Sequence record: MN434092.1
Direction: 5' to 3' (one strand)
From: Klebsiella phage AmPh_EK29
DNA length: 24,000 nt
Under the pieces are notes generated by a model. The model did not search any database. It had not been told where the DNA came from and worked only from the letters and a program-made list of their open reading frames with translations. Positions 6,848 through 15,067 of the stretch are shown piece after piece (the first letter of the stretch is position 1; every line of letters begins with the position of its first letter). Position numbers and translations under genes: made by a program.

Positions 6848-8995
6848 ATGAAACTCGTAACTGATGACGAAATTGTAATGGGCTCTGGTGGTAAATCAAC
6901 CGACTTCACGATTAAAGCCTCAGCCAAAGCGTTCCGTGTTCTGTCTTCTAACCTGTACAAAAACAAAATTCGTGCAATTGTTCGTGAACTCTCTACTAAC
7001 TGTATCGATGCTCACTTCCTGAACGGTTGTACTCGTCCGTTCGAAATTAAGGTTCCTTCTCGTCTTGACCCACGCTTTGTTATTCGTGACTTCGGGCCTG
7101 GTCTTGATGAAGATGGCATGATTAACCTGTACACTACTTTCTTCGAATCCACTAAGAACAACAGCAACGACTTTATCGGTGCTCTGGGTCTTGGCTCTAA
7201 ATCTCCATTAAGCTATACTAACACCTTTACAGTAGTATCTAACCATGGCGGCCGCTCTCGTGGTTATACAGTAATGATGGACGGTGGGCTGCCTAAAATT
7301 CGTCCTACCTTTGATGAAGAAATGGCTGAAGGCGAAACGAGTGGTTTGGAAATCACTGTTCCGGTTAAAACAGATGATATCAGCTCATGGCAGCATGAAA
7401 TCAAATATGTCCTTCGTCCTATGGGTGCTGGCTCTGTAGTTCTGAAAGGAACCCAGATGGAAGTTGATTTCTTCCCAGACCAAGATGTGCACACAACAGA
7501 TCAGTACAATGGCTATGAAAATAATGGAATCTATGCAATCTATGGTAAGATTGTATATCCCTTGAACGACGTCCCTGGTGTTAAAGATTCGTGGCTTCGT
7601 GCTCGGTATTCACGAGTGTATATTAAATTCCCTCTCGGTGAACTAGATATTACTCCGTCTCGTGAAGAGTTATCTCTTGATCCAGACACCGTGGCAAATA
7701 TCCAGGCCCGTGTCTCTAAGATTAACCAAGAGTATCTTGAACGAGATATTCAAGAATTAGATGAAATCACTAACGAGCGTGAGCTGGTTCGTAAATACAA
7801 CGAATTCGGACGAGCCGAGCGTAACATCATTGCTAACTCAGGTGTTAAAACTAAGTTAGGTTCTATTGCAACTATTCTGGCCAAGTATGATGTTTCCAAG
7901 CTTCGTGATATGGCGATGAACTCTGGTGCTGTAGCATACGACGGCGATGATGTTAAATTGTATCGTTTCAAAAACAGCTATGGTGGACGTTCTAAGATTT
8001 ATGTAGATTCGATCTTAGGTGTGGACAAAAAGAAATTGACTGTTCTTATTGACGATAAGACTTCTAAGCGTGTAGCAACTATCCGGGCTCTTAAACACGC
8101 CGGTAAGATTGCACGTTATGATTTTGTTCTCGTTATCAACCCAGAATCAGAACTGCAACAGGCCTTCCTGAAAAAAGCTATTGAATTAATGGCTGAAGAT
8201 GAAGTTGTCACGTATAAAGTATCTGAATGCGAAGAACTGCGTGCTAAACTGCCTAAAGTAGAAAGCGATGAGCCTGCAGAGAAACGCCCAGCTTCACCAA
8301 ATGGTGCCCGATATACGTACTCTGAGAAAAATGGTTGGACTATTGAAAATCTCAAATTAACTTCTAGCGAACTCTCTGAACTTGAAGGTTTTGTGTTGCT
8401 TCGCAGCCGCGATGATTTCATGACTTTTCCGGCCAAATCGCCCATTAGCTGCTTTAGTGATACAGATGCTCGTATCTTGGCTCAAGAATGCGGTATCACA
8501 GAGTTCTTGGTTATGCGTCCATCAGGCTGCCGTAAAGCATTATTTGAAAATGAAAATCTTGTTGATATGATGGCTTATATCATCGAGCGATACATTGATG
8601 CTATTGATGAGGTAGATTATGATTGCTATCTCCCGAGAAATTTCCGTAGCAACCGGGTGATTAACCACATTATTAATAAGAAGAAACTTGGGTTCCTTCT
8701 GACTTACTTTGTAGAAGGTAATGCTAACTCTGATTCACTGAATCGTCTGGTTAATATGAACCAGCGATTGAGCAACGTTACAGTGAAAGATAATACTGAT
8801 TTAGCTTTATGTAACCAGATTTATAATAAACTGGAAGAAACATCTACGACCGCTTTCACTGTTAAAATGAAAGAGTTCAATGAAAAATACCCGGTTATTG
8901 ATACCGTTCTGAACGAATGGCATCTAGAACAGGCCCAAATTGACGATATCGTTAAAATCATGGCTGCTCTCGAAGCAGCCGAACAATCCAAATAA
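6848..8995 (+). CDS. rIIA: rIIA-like protein (GHKL ATPase-like)
   Basis: 715 aa. N-terminal KIRAIVRELSTNCIDAH, DFGPGLDEDG and ALGLGSKSPLSYTNTFTV motifs of rIIA proteins. Followed by rIIB. Confidence 0.93.
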   Translation: MKLVTDDEIVMGSGGKSTDFTIKASAKAFRVLSSNLYKNKIRAIVRELSTNCIDAHFLNGCTRPFEIKVPSRLDPRFVIRDFGPGLDEDGMINLYTTFFESTKNNSNDFIGALGLGSKSPLSYTNTFTVVSNHGGRSRGYTVMMDGGLPKIRPTFDEEMAEGETSGLEITVPVKTDDISSWQHEIKYVLRPMGAGSVVLKGTQMEVDFFPDQDVHTTDQYNGYENNGIYAIYGKIVYPLNDVPGVKDSWLRARYSRVYIKFPLGELDITPSREELSLDPDTVANIQARVSKINQEYLERDIQELDEITNERELVRKYNEFGRAERNIIANSGVKTKLGSIATILAKYDVSKLRDMAMNSGAVAYDGDDVKLYRFKNSYGGRSKIYVDSILGVDKKKLTVLIDDKTSKRVATIRALKHAGKIARYDFVLVINPESELQQAFLKKAIELMAEDEVVTYKVSECEELRAKLPKVESDEPAEKRPASPNGARYTYSEKNGWTIENLKLTSSELSELEGFVLLRSRDDFMTFPAKSPISCFSDTDARILAQECGITEFLVMRPSGCRKALFENENLVDMMAYIIERYIDAIDEVDYDCYLPRNFRSNRVINHIINKKKLGFLLTYFVEGNANSDSLNRLVNMNQRLSNVTVKDNTDLALCNQIYNKLEETSTTAFTVKMKEFNEKYPVIDTVLNEWHLEQAQIDDIVKIMAALEAAEQSK

Positions 8996-9007
8996 TAGAG
9001 GTGAATA

Positions 9008-9913
9008 ATGGCTGTATTATGTCTGTCCGAGAATGAAAAAGATGCAATCGTAAAAGGTTTTAACGGCGGCCTTTACAATAAAAAGGAACTGGCTGAAATT
9101 TATGGTGTTTCGACTGATACCATTCGCCGCGTCTTTAAAGAACGTACTATTTCTCCAAATGAACCAGCTAAAGTAAAAGCTCCGGCTCCTCGTGAATTCC
9201 AGTGGGCTGCTTCAAGCAAGTTCATTTCTATCACTGAAGGACGTACCACTTATAACGCAGACCCAAGTCATCCAGGGTTTAAATCGGCCCTGATGAAACT
9301 GGCTGAAGGCAAAATTGAAGAAGCCATCGACCATATCAACATCGAACGCGGTATTGCTAAATTTGTTAAAGGCAACGTCCGTATCGAAGACGGTGCTCTG
9401 TATTATAAGGACATTGAACTGAAATCTGGTCTGACTGAACGTATTATTTCAGCGATGGAAAATGGTGAAGACTTCGAACGTTATCTGCCGTTCCTGGAAA
9501 ACCTGATGCTGAACCCGAGCCGTAAAGCTGTTTATCGTCTGTTTGACTTCCTGAATGCAAACGACATCGAAATTACTGACGATGGTCACTTTATCGGTTG
9601 GAAGGTAGTTCGTTCTAACTACTTTGACTGTGCATCTGGTAAGTTTGATAACAGTCCTGGTAAAGAAGTTACCATGCCTCGTAACCAGGTTGATGAAGAC
9701 GACGAACGCACCTGCTCTACTGGTCTGCACGTTTGCTCTAAATCTTATATCCGACACTTCGGTAGTGGTTCAGACCGTATCGTTTCGGTTAAAGTACATC
9801 CTCGTGATGTAGTAAGTATTCCTGTTGATTACAATGATGCTAAAATGCGTACCTGTGGCTATAAAGTCCTTGAAGACGTAACTGCTCGCTGGAACAACGA
9901 ACTGTGTGGTTAA
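9008..9913 (+). CDS. rIIB: rIIB-like protein
   Basis: 301 aa. N-terminal HTH-like YNKKELAEIYGVSTDTIRRVFKER; C-terminal GWKVVRSNYFDC...STGLHVCSKSY typical of rIIB. Immediately downstream of rIIA. Confidence 0.93.
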   Translation: MAVLCLSENEKDAIVKGFNGGLYNKKELAEIYGVSTDTIRRVFKERTISPNEPAKVKAPAPREFQWAASSKFISITEGRTTYNADPSHPGFKSALMKLAEGKIEEAIDHINIERGIAKFVKGNVRIEDGALYYKDIELKSGLTERIISAMENGEDFERYLPFLENLMLNPSRKAVYRLFDFLNANDIEITDDGHFIGWKVVRSNYFDCASGKFDNSPGKEVTMPRNQVDEDDERTCSTGLHVCSKSYIRHFGSGSDRIVSVKVHPRDVVSIPVDYNDAKMRTCGYKVLEDVTARWNNELCG

Positions 9914-9919
9914 TTAAAT

Positions 9920-9938
9920 GGGGACTTCGGTCCCCTTT
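9920..9938 (+). terminator. terminator-like UUCG hairpin after rIIB
   Basis: GGGGAC-TTCG-GTCCCC (9920-9935) followed by TTTCTT. Confidence 0.7.
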
Positions 9939-9953
9939 CTTATAAGGTGACTT

Positions 9954-10145
9954 ATGACTGGCTTCCAATCTCGTGTTATTGATGAATTATCTGAACTGAA
10001 TCTGAAAATTAATGCTCTGACTGCATTCACCATCGGCAGTGTATTCAAATCGCTTGATCCTGTAGACCAAAGTTTGCTTCTTAGACAGCTTGATACAATG
10101 TCTGCGTACCGACACATTCTGGAAAAACGTATTCAGAGGTTTTAA
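9954..10145 (+). CDS. small phage protein
   Basis: 63 aa, GGTGAC upstream, helical pattern ...LNLKINALTAFTIGSVFKSLDPVDQSLLLRQLDTMSAYRHILEKRIQRF. Confidence 0.65.
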   Translation: MTGFQSRVIDELSELNLKINALTAFTIGSVFKSLDPVDQSLLLRQLDTMSAYRHILEKRIQRF

Positions 10146-10429
10146 TGATTAATCCATTCAATGCCGGCGATCGTAAAATCGCGGTCTCAAATCTTCGTGG
10201 AAATCATAAGGCAGCTACAGTCTATTGTCTGAAATTGGTCAAGCATCCAGGTGACGTTCATTACGGCTGGCTTGAATGTGATGAGGTTGTTGAAGGTGAG
10301 TTTCCTTTAGTCGGTTCTAGTACTCTAGAATTTGACGATAGGATTTATTATGGTGAATTACACATCAGAGGTTTATATGGTATCGATGAGCTTGACTTGG
10401 AAACAACTACTGAATCTGAAGCCAGTTAA
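10145..10429 (+). CDS. hypothetical protein
   Basis: 94-aa ORF overlapping its neighbours slightly, as is common in this genome. Confidence 0.6.
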   Translation: MINPFNAGDRKIAVSNLRGNHKAATVYCLKLVKHPGDVHYGWLECDEVVEGEFPLVGSSTLEFDDRIYYGELHIRGLYGIDELDLETTTESEAS

Positions 10430-10979
10430 TTTAACGGTTGAAAATCTTAGTAGAGAAAACAAAATTAAGGCCTTGAAAGAATCAGAACACTCGATGTCCT
10501 TAGATAACTCTCAAGAACAACGCTCTGCTTTAAAGCGATGTGTAATAGCAACATTAGGCGAGCAACTGATTGCTCAGTGTACTAATGGCCGAGTAATGGA
10601 TACAGAGTTTAACAAAGCCAATCCATTCAGTTACTCCTTCGATGTTATCTCTGAAGAAGGCGTGCGCATCGAGGTCAAGACCCACCAGTCTGATTCTCGA
10701 TGGATTTCGGTCCACACTAAAGGAAGACATCCCTACCCTTATGGGTCAGGGATTGACCTAGATGGGTTCCTGACGTATCGATTATCTGACTTAATAATCA
10801 TATTAGATGTAGAAGAAGTGGGCCCAGGCGTCTACAGGTTTATCCCTCGTATGATGGGCGACCAAATTGCCTTTCTGCCTGGGTCTGGTTTAGTTCAGGA
10901 AAGCAAGTATGAAAACGGTGGTTGGTACTTACGCTCTTGCTCTGAAGAAGAATACCAGTTTAAAAGGTTTACATACTGA
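10377..10979 (+). CDS. candidate nuclease, possible DenB (endonuclease IV) counterpart
   Basis: About 200 aa; start 10377 or 10386 rather than the track's 10332. Contains FDVISEEGVRIEVKTHQ, a D...ExK arrangement compatible with a PD-(D/E)XK core. Lies between rIIB and ndd where T4 carries denB. Confidence 0.45.
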   Translation: MVSMSLTWKQLLNLKPVNLTVENLSRENKIKALKESEHSMSLDNSQEQRSALKRCVIATLGEQLIAQCTNGRVMDTEFNKANPFSYSFDVISEEGVRIEVKTHQSDSRWISVHTKGRHPYPYGSGIDLDGFLTYRLSDLIIILDVEEVGPGVYRFIPRMMGDQIAFLPGSGLVQESKYENGGWYLRSCSEEEYQFKRFTY

Positions 10980-10996
10980 TTAGACTGTGGTATAGT
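10968..10996 (+). promoter_or_regulatory. putative early promoter
   Basis: TTTACA (10968-10973), 17 bp, TATAGT (10991-10996). Predicted +1 about 11003. Confidence 0.7.
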
Positions 10997-11024
10997 ACTC
11001 CTACACTATCAACGAGGAGTACTA
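10993..11024 (+). repeat. perfect 10-bp inverted repeat enclosing the ribosome binding site
   Basis: TAGTACTCCT (10993-11002) / AGGAGTACTA (11015-11024), 12-nt loop. Right arm contains the SD of the ATG at 11027; left arm overlaps the -10 region. Confidence 0.9.
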
Positions 11025-11026
11025 CA

Positions 11027-11266
11027 ATGAAGCGGTTTGGGTTGTTTAATCTTGTAAGAAACGAGTGGCTAACTACTTGGCATACCGGAACATTTGAAGG
11101 TCAGGTAGACCACTATCTTGACTACGACGATGACCAAGTGTTTATGACGCGCTCCGAACATGATGCTATGCGAGCTCTTTCAGGACGTTCTGGGTATCTC
11201 ACTAGCCCTAAAACAAATGAAGAGATTAAACGCGGTGAAATCATTGTGAAAGAAATTCACCTCTAA
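11027..11266 (+). CDS. hypothetical protein (ndd.x position)
   Basis: 79 aa, GAGGAG SD, own promoter. Confidence 0.7.
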   Translation: MKRFGLFNLVRNEWLTTWHTGTFEGQVDHYLDYDDDQVFMTRSEHDAMRALSGRSGYLTSPKTNEEIKRGEIIVKEIHL

Positions 11267-11269
11267 GTG

Positions 11270-11298
11270 TTTACAACGTCTGTAGGTCATGATACTAT
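11270..11298 (+). promoter_or_regulatory. putative early promoter
   Basis: TTTACA (11270-11275), 17 bp, TACTAT (11293-11298), immediately after the preceding stop. Confidence 0.7.
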
Positions 11299-11325
11299 GT
11301 TCCTACAGACAAAATGGAGGAAATC

Positions 11326-11433
11326 ATGCTTAAGAACATTTTCAACTTTATCGTTTTAGCTATCGTACTGATGATAATGCCTATTGTGTTCTTTATTGAC
11401 GTGATTATCATAAATTTAAGACACTTGTTCTGA
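11326..11433 (+). CDS. tiny hydrophobic protein
   Basis: Not in ORF track. MLKNIFNFIVLAIVLMIMPIVFFIDVIIINLRHLF*, one predicted TM span, SD GGAGG. Confidence 0.65.
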   Translation: MLKNIFNFIVLAIVLMIMPIVFFIDVIIINLRHLF

Positions 11434-11443
11434 GGAAATTATT

Positions 11444-11551
11444 ATGAACGCAGTATTAGGCTGGATTAACGCAGCGGCTTTTATTGTTGGGTGTAATGTG
11501 CCATATTGGCTCGGATGGTCTGATACCATGTTATGGTTCTTTAAGCCATAA
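11444..11551 (+). CDS. tiny hydrophobic protein
   Basis: Not in ORF track. MNAVLGWINAAAFIVGCNVPYWLGWSDTMLWFFKP*, SD GAGGAAAT. Confidence 0.6.
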   Translation: MNAVLGWINAAAFIVGCNVPYWLGWSDTMLWFFKP

Positions 11552-11556
11552 CATCT

Positions 11557-11571
11557 GGGAGCTAGGCTCCC
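11557..11571 (+). other. short stem-loop upstream of ndd
   Basis: GGGAGC-TAG-GCTCCC, perfect 6-bp arms, no U-run after it. Confidence 0.5.
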
Positions 11572-11608
11572 ATAGAGGATAAAACTTAAACTTATTGAGG
11601 AAATTGTT

Positions 11609-12067
11609 ATGACTATTGATACCCGCAACTACATGACCCGTGGCGATCTGACTAAAGCTGGCGCTGTAACTGTGGCCCACGTTAAAAACGGCCATACTGT
11701 CGGCTTCGTTATGCCTGAAGTTCTGGCTCAACCAGGTTTCTACTTTATGGTTAAAGGCGCTGGCGAACATCGTGCGGTAGGAGCACGGTTCTTTGTAGGC
11801 AACCAACGTTCTGCACAAGGTTTTAATGCAACGCTGTCACACATTCGTCAGGGTCGTAGCCAGCTGGCTCGTACTATGGCTAGCAATAACATTGTTTATG
11901 AAGTTTTGTATCTCCCACAATCTAAAATGAAACCTCTGACCACTGGCTTCAAGAAAGGTCAACTGGCACTGGCATTCACTCGTCAGCACAGTTCTGAAAT
12001 GCAGACTTTGTCTGAGCTGAATCGTATTCTGAATGACAACTTCAAATTCATTCTTCAGAGCTACTAA
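11609..12067 (+). CDS. ndd: Ndd-like nucleoid disruption protein
   Basis: 152 aa. [66 protein letters not shown] is characteristic of T4 Ndd. Located between the rII region and gene 52. Confidence 0.93.
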   Translation: MTIDTRNYMTRGDLTKAGAVTVAHVKNGHTVGFVMPEVLAQPGFYFMVKGAGEHRAVGARFFVGNQRSAQGFNATLSHIRQGRSQLARTMASNNIVYEVLYLPQSKMKPLTTGFKKGQLALAFTRQHSSEMQTLSELNRILNDNFKFILQSY

Positions 12068-12252
12068 TGAGTAGTTTTATGAAAATGCTCTTTGCTATGG
12101 GCTACTTGTTAGTCCTAGCATTGATGATTTGCGCTGGGACCTATGTTACCTTGGGTCTTCCCGTTACAAGCAAACTTATATCGCTGATGTTGTTCTCTGT
12201 AGGCTTTATTTGTTTTGAAAGAATTTCTAAAATGTGTGGGGTATACAAGTGA
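12067..12252 (+). CDS. small membrane protein
   Basis: 61 aa with two hydrophobic segments (MGYLLVLALMICAGTYVTLGL, LISLMLFSVGFICF). Start overlaps the ndd stop (TAATG). Confidence 0.65.
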   Translation: MSSFMKMLFAMGYLLVLALMICAGTYVTLGLPVTSKLISLMLFSVGFICFERISKMCGVYK

Positions 12253-12416
12253 ATCGGATATACGCTTTCTTCTGGATGATTATTTGTATCGTTCTGTGTA
12301 CTATGTTCTTTGCCGGTGCCTGGGTTCCTACATCGGTTCAAGTTGGGTTCATGGTCTGTTGGTTTGTTTTAGCTGCGGTAATTGACTTTTTAAAGGCCTG
12401 CACCGCCAATGATTAA
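12249..12416 (+). CDS. small membrane protein
   Basis: Frame of the 12234-12416 ORF. GTG 12249 overlaps the preceding TGA. Hydrophobic IYAFFWMIICIVLCTMFFAGAW...VGFMVCWFVLAAVIDFL. Confidence 0.6.
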   Translation: MNRIYAFFWMIICIVLCTMFFAGAWVPTSVQVGFMVCWFVLAAVIDFLKACTAND

Positions 12417-12549
12417 GAAAATTTTCTTAGCCATCCTTGTGATGGCTATTCTTGCTTTAGCGATGTACTATGGTATGATATATGGAGTAGTTTATATTGT
12501 GCTTTTCATTTCCGATGTTATAGTGCATCTCGGTTCATTTATTTGGTAG
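12409..12549 (+). CDS. small membrane protein
   Basis: Not in ORF track. MIKKIFLAILVMAILALAMYYGMIYGVVYIVLFISDVIVHLGSFIW* (46 aa), overlaps the previous ORF. Confidence 0.55.
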   Translation: MIKKIFLAILVMAILALAMYYGMIYGVVYIVLFISDVIVHLGSFIW

Positions 12550-12554
12550 GTACT

Positions 12555-13919
12555 ATGTCTGATATTTTTGATATGATGACAAAACAAGCTAGTGATACTT
12601 TTAATGTTCGTAGCTTAGAAAGTATAATTAATAACGAAGCTCTTGCGTATGCAATGTATACTGTAGAGAATCGTGCAATTCCAAACATGATTGATGGCTT
12701 TAAACCAGTTCAACGTTTTGTTATTGCTCGTACTTTGATGCTTGGCAAGAGTGATAAAAATAAATTCCATAAACTGGCCTCTATTGCAGGCGGTGTAGCT
12801 GACCTTGGATACCACCACGGTGAAGGTTCTGCACAAGAAACTGGCGCACTGATGGCTAACGACTGGAATAACAATGTTCCGTTCTTAGATGGCCAAGGTA
12901 ACTTTGGTTCTCGGTTGGTTCAAGAAGCTGGCGCATCTCGTTATATCTTTGCACGTATTTCAGAAAATTTCTACAAACTGTACAAGGATACAGAATATGC
13001 CCCAGCCCATAAAGACGATGAGCACGTCCCGGTGGCTTATTATCTGCCTATTATTCCTACTGTTCTTCTTAATGGTATTTCCGGTATTGCGACTGGTTAT
13101 GCTACTGATATTCTGCCTCATAGCATTTCTTCTGTTAAGAAAAGTGTTATCCAAGCTCTCGAAGGTAAGAAGATTTCTGAGCCGAAGGTAAGCTTTCCAC
13201 AGTTTAAAGGAAAGATAATTCCTGTTGACGGCGCATTTGAACTTCACGGAATATACGAAATGAAATCTCGTAATGTAATGTACATCTCTGAGATTCCGTA
13301 TAAGTATGATCGTGCATCTTATGTTAAAATCCTCGATGCTTTAGAAGATAAAGGGTTCATTACATACGATGATGACTGTGGCAAGCACGGTTTTGGGTTT
13401 AAAGTTAAATTCCGTAAGGAATATGTCTTAGGTGAAACCGAAGAAGAACGTCATGAAAAAATCATGAAGGACTTCAAATTAATCGAACGTCGTTCTCAGA
13501 ACATCACAGTTATCAATCATGCCGGTAAGTTGAAAGAATACAAATGCGCTGCCGATTTGATTCGTGACTTTGTAGAAGTTCGTAAGGTTTTCGTCCAGAA
13601 ACGTATCGACCTTAAAATCTGCGAAACCGAAGAGGCTTTCAAACTGGCCTTAGCTAAAGCCAAGTTCATTAAGAAGGTTATTGACGGCGATATCACTATT
13701 GCCGGTAAGACCAGGGCCAAACTGGTCGAAGAAGTTAAAGAATTCGACGAACTAGCAGATTATGCTGAAAAACTTGTAAGCATGAACATTTATCATATTA
13801 CTAGTGATGAAGCCAAGAAGCTAGCCGAAGAAGCTCGTACTAAGCGTGATGAACATGAATATTGGAAACAGACCGATGTTCAAACTGAATATCTTAAAGA
13901 CCTCGAGGAAATCAAATGA
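12555..13919 (+). CDS. 52: DNA topoisomerase II medium subunit gp52
   Basis: ATG at 12555 (MSDIFDMMTKQASDTFNVRSLESIINNEALAYAMYTVENRAIPNMIDGFKPVQRFVI). ParC/GyrA-like catalytic domain; SGIATGYATDILPHS. Confidence 0.95.
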   Translation: MSDIFDMMTKQASDTFNVRSLESIINNEALAYAMYTVENRAIPNMIDGFKPVQRFVIARTLMLGKSDKNKFHKLASIAGGVADLGYHHGEGSAQETGALMANDWNNNVPFLDGQGNFGSRLVQEAGASRYIFARISENFYKLYKDTEYAPAHKDDEHVPVAYYLPIIPTVLLNGISGIATGYATDILPHSISSVKKSVIQALEGKKISEPKVSFPQFKGKIIPVDGAFELHGIYEMKSRNVMYISEIPYKYDRASYVKILDALEDKGFITYDDDCGKHGFGFKVKFRKEYVLGETEEERHEKIMKDFKLIERRSQNITVINHAGKLKEYKCAADLIRDFVEVRKVFVQKRIDLKICETEEAFKLALAKAKFIKKVIDGDITIAGKTRAKLVEEVKEFDELADYAEKLVSMNIYHITSDEAKKLAEEARTKRDEHEYWKQTDVQTEYLKDLEEIK

Positions 13920-14095
13920 AATTTAGCTTAGCTTTTATTATCGGATTAGTAGCTTTTCTAATTAACCTGTCAGGCGGCATGGTCTGGTCTACTGCTGCTT
14001 TATGGGGAATTGCCTTCTGGATCGGCAGCGCAGTTGTTATCTGGATTCTGGTTATCATTCTGGTAGCTATCGGTGCTGTTTTAGCCACCAGATGA
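13916..14095 (+). CDS. small membrane protein downstream of gene 52
   Basis: Not in ORF track. ATGA overlap with the gene 52 stop. MKFSLAFIIGLVAFLINLSGGMVWSTAALWGIAFWIGSAVVIWILVIILVAIGAVLATR* (59 aa). Confidence 0.65.
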   Translation: MKFSLAFIIGLVAFLINLSGGMVWSTAALWGIAFWIGSAVVIWILVIILVAIGAVLATR

Positions 14096-14172
14096 TTACG
14101 CTACACGGGCTGTTCGTAGGAATGGTCTTTTCTTTGGTGGTAATCACTTTGATTATCGACTATACCTTCTAA
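14092..14172 (+). CDS. 26-aa hydrophobic peptide
   Basis: Not in ORF track. ATGA overlap. MITLHGLFVGMVFSLVVITLIIDYTF*. Confidence 0.4.
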   Translation: MITLHGLFVGMVFSLVVITLIIDYTF

Positions 14173-14278
14173 GTGGTCGCCTGGACATTCTGTTCAGGCA
14201 CCCTTTATGTTTCATCATCCTTCCTTTAAAAGTCTCCCTAGGCAATTCCTGCCAATTCAAAAATTTTAAATCATCCAG

Positions 14279-14307
14279 TTTACTTTGCTTTCAAGATAAG
14301 TTATAGT
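14279..14307 (+). promoter_or_regulatory. putative early promoter with UP-like A/T tract
   Basis: TTTACT (14279-14284), 17 bp, TATAGT (14302-14307). AAAAATTTTAAAT just upstream. Confidence 0.7.
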
Positions 14308-14345
14308 ACTCCTACACCAACAAAACGTTGAATCGGAGAAACAAA

Positions 14346-14993
14346 ATGAACCTTATCGAACGCGTAGCTTCTAAAGCCTTTTATCGTAACGGCATTTTCT
14401 ATCATTCTCTTGAATCAGCTCAAGGATTCTTTGAAGCTAAGTGTAAGCAGCATGGTCTTGAAGATTGGCACTTCATGGTTGTATCTTCTACAAAGAAAAC
14501 TAACATCGGGTACTGCTCTTATTACAAGCGCCGTATAGCTATCCAAGCTCGTTATTTCTACGCAATGTCAGGAGCTCAAGTTGAAGAAACTATCCTCCAT
14601 GAATTAGCGCATGCGCTGACTAAAGGCCATAACCATGACGCGGTGTGGAGAGCTAAAGCCATTGAACTGGGTGACACTCATGCTCGTGCTACAACTCCTA
14701 TTCGTACCGGTGTAGGCTTCATGGAAGAATGGATGATTAATCACGGAACCCGATATGAAACCGAATTTGATGCAGTAGCTTTTACTTCTAAAGAGTTACC
14801 TCGTTCTAAGAAACCAAGTTCTCCTAACTTCGGCGGTGAAAAGAAACGGGTTGCTAAGCCTACTCGCAAAGCAATGGCTATCTACAACCAAGCTAATGCT
14901 CCTACACGTAGCGATTTCATTGAGCAGTTCATGGGTCTCGGCTACAAGTTTGACTATGCGGTAGTTCAGTGGAAACTTTGCAAAAAGATGTGA
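14346..14993 (+). CDS. SprT-like zinc metalloprotease domain protein
   Basis: Probable ATG 14346 (MNLIERVASKAF...), 215 aa. VEETILHELAHALTKGHNHDAVWRAKA fits the HExxH...H signature of SprT/Spartan-like proteases. Confidence 0.8.
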   Translation: MNLIERVASKAFYRNGIFYHSLESAQGFFEAKCKQHGLEDWHFMVVSSTKKTNIGYCSYYKRRIAIQARYFYAMSGAQVEETILHELAHALTKGHNHDAVWRAKAIELGDTHARATTPIRTGVGFMEEWMINHGTRYETEFDAVAFTSKELPRSKKPSSPNFGGEKKRVAKPTRKAMAIYNQANAPTRSDFIEQFMGLGYKFDYAVVQWKLCKKM

Positions 14994-15003
14994 TTTAGGT
15001 GTT

Positions 15004-15031
15004 TACTTCTGCTTCAAACGTGTTATTATAG
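15004..15031 (+). promoter_or_regulatory. putative early promoter for motA
   Basis: TTTACT (15004-15009), 16 bp, TATTAT (15026-15031). Confidence 0.6.
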
Positions 15032-15067
15032 ACCTATCAAAACAAATGAATGAATTGGAGAAATAAA

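Noticed and set aside
7264-8445. Minus-strand ORFs opposite rIIA (76, 73, 109 aa) and similar minus-strand ORFs opposite other + genes
   Set aside because: Antisense to strongly supported genes, low-complexity Ser/Leu/Thr-rich translations with no recognisable domains; typical of reverse-frame open stretches.
10525-10549. TCTGCTTTA followed by TAATAG
   Set aside because: Within a coding region, spacing of 10 bp and a poor -10; no gene start suitably placed downstream.
14179-14199. GCCTG...CAGGC stem after the 26-aa ORF as a terminator
   Set aside because: Only 5 bp with an 11-nt loop and a weak CCCTTTATGTTT tail; possible but not strong enough to call.
14284-14292. TTTGCTTTC MotA-like box between the -35 and -10 of the promoter at 14279
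   Set aside because: Spacing to the -10 is only 9 bp and last position differs; the good TTTACT/17/TATAGT explains the site better.
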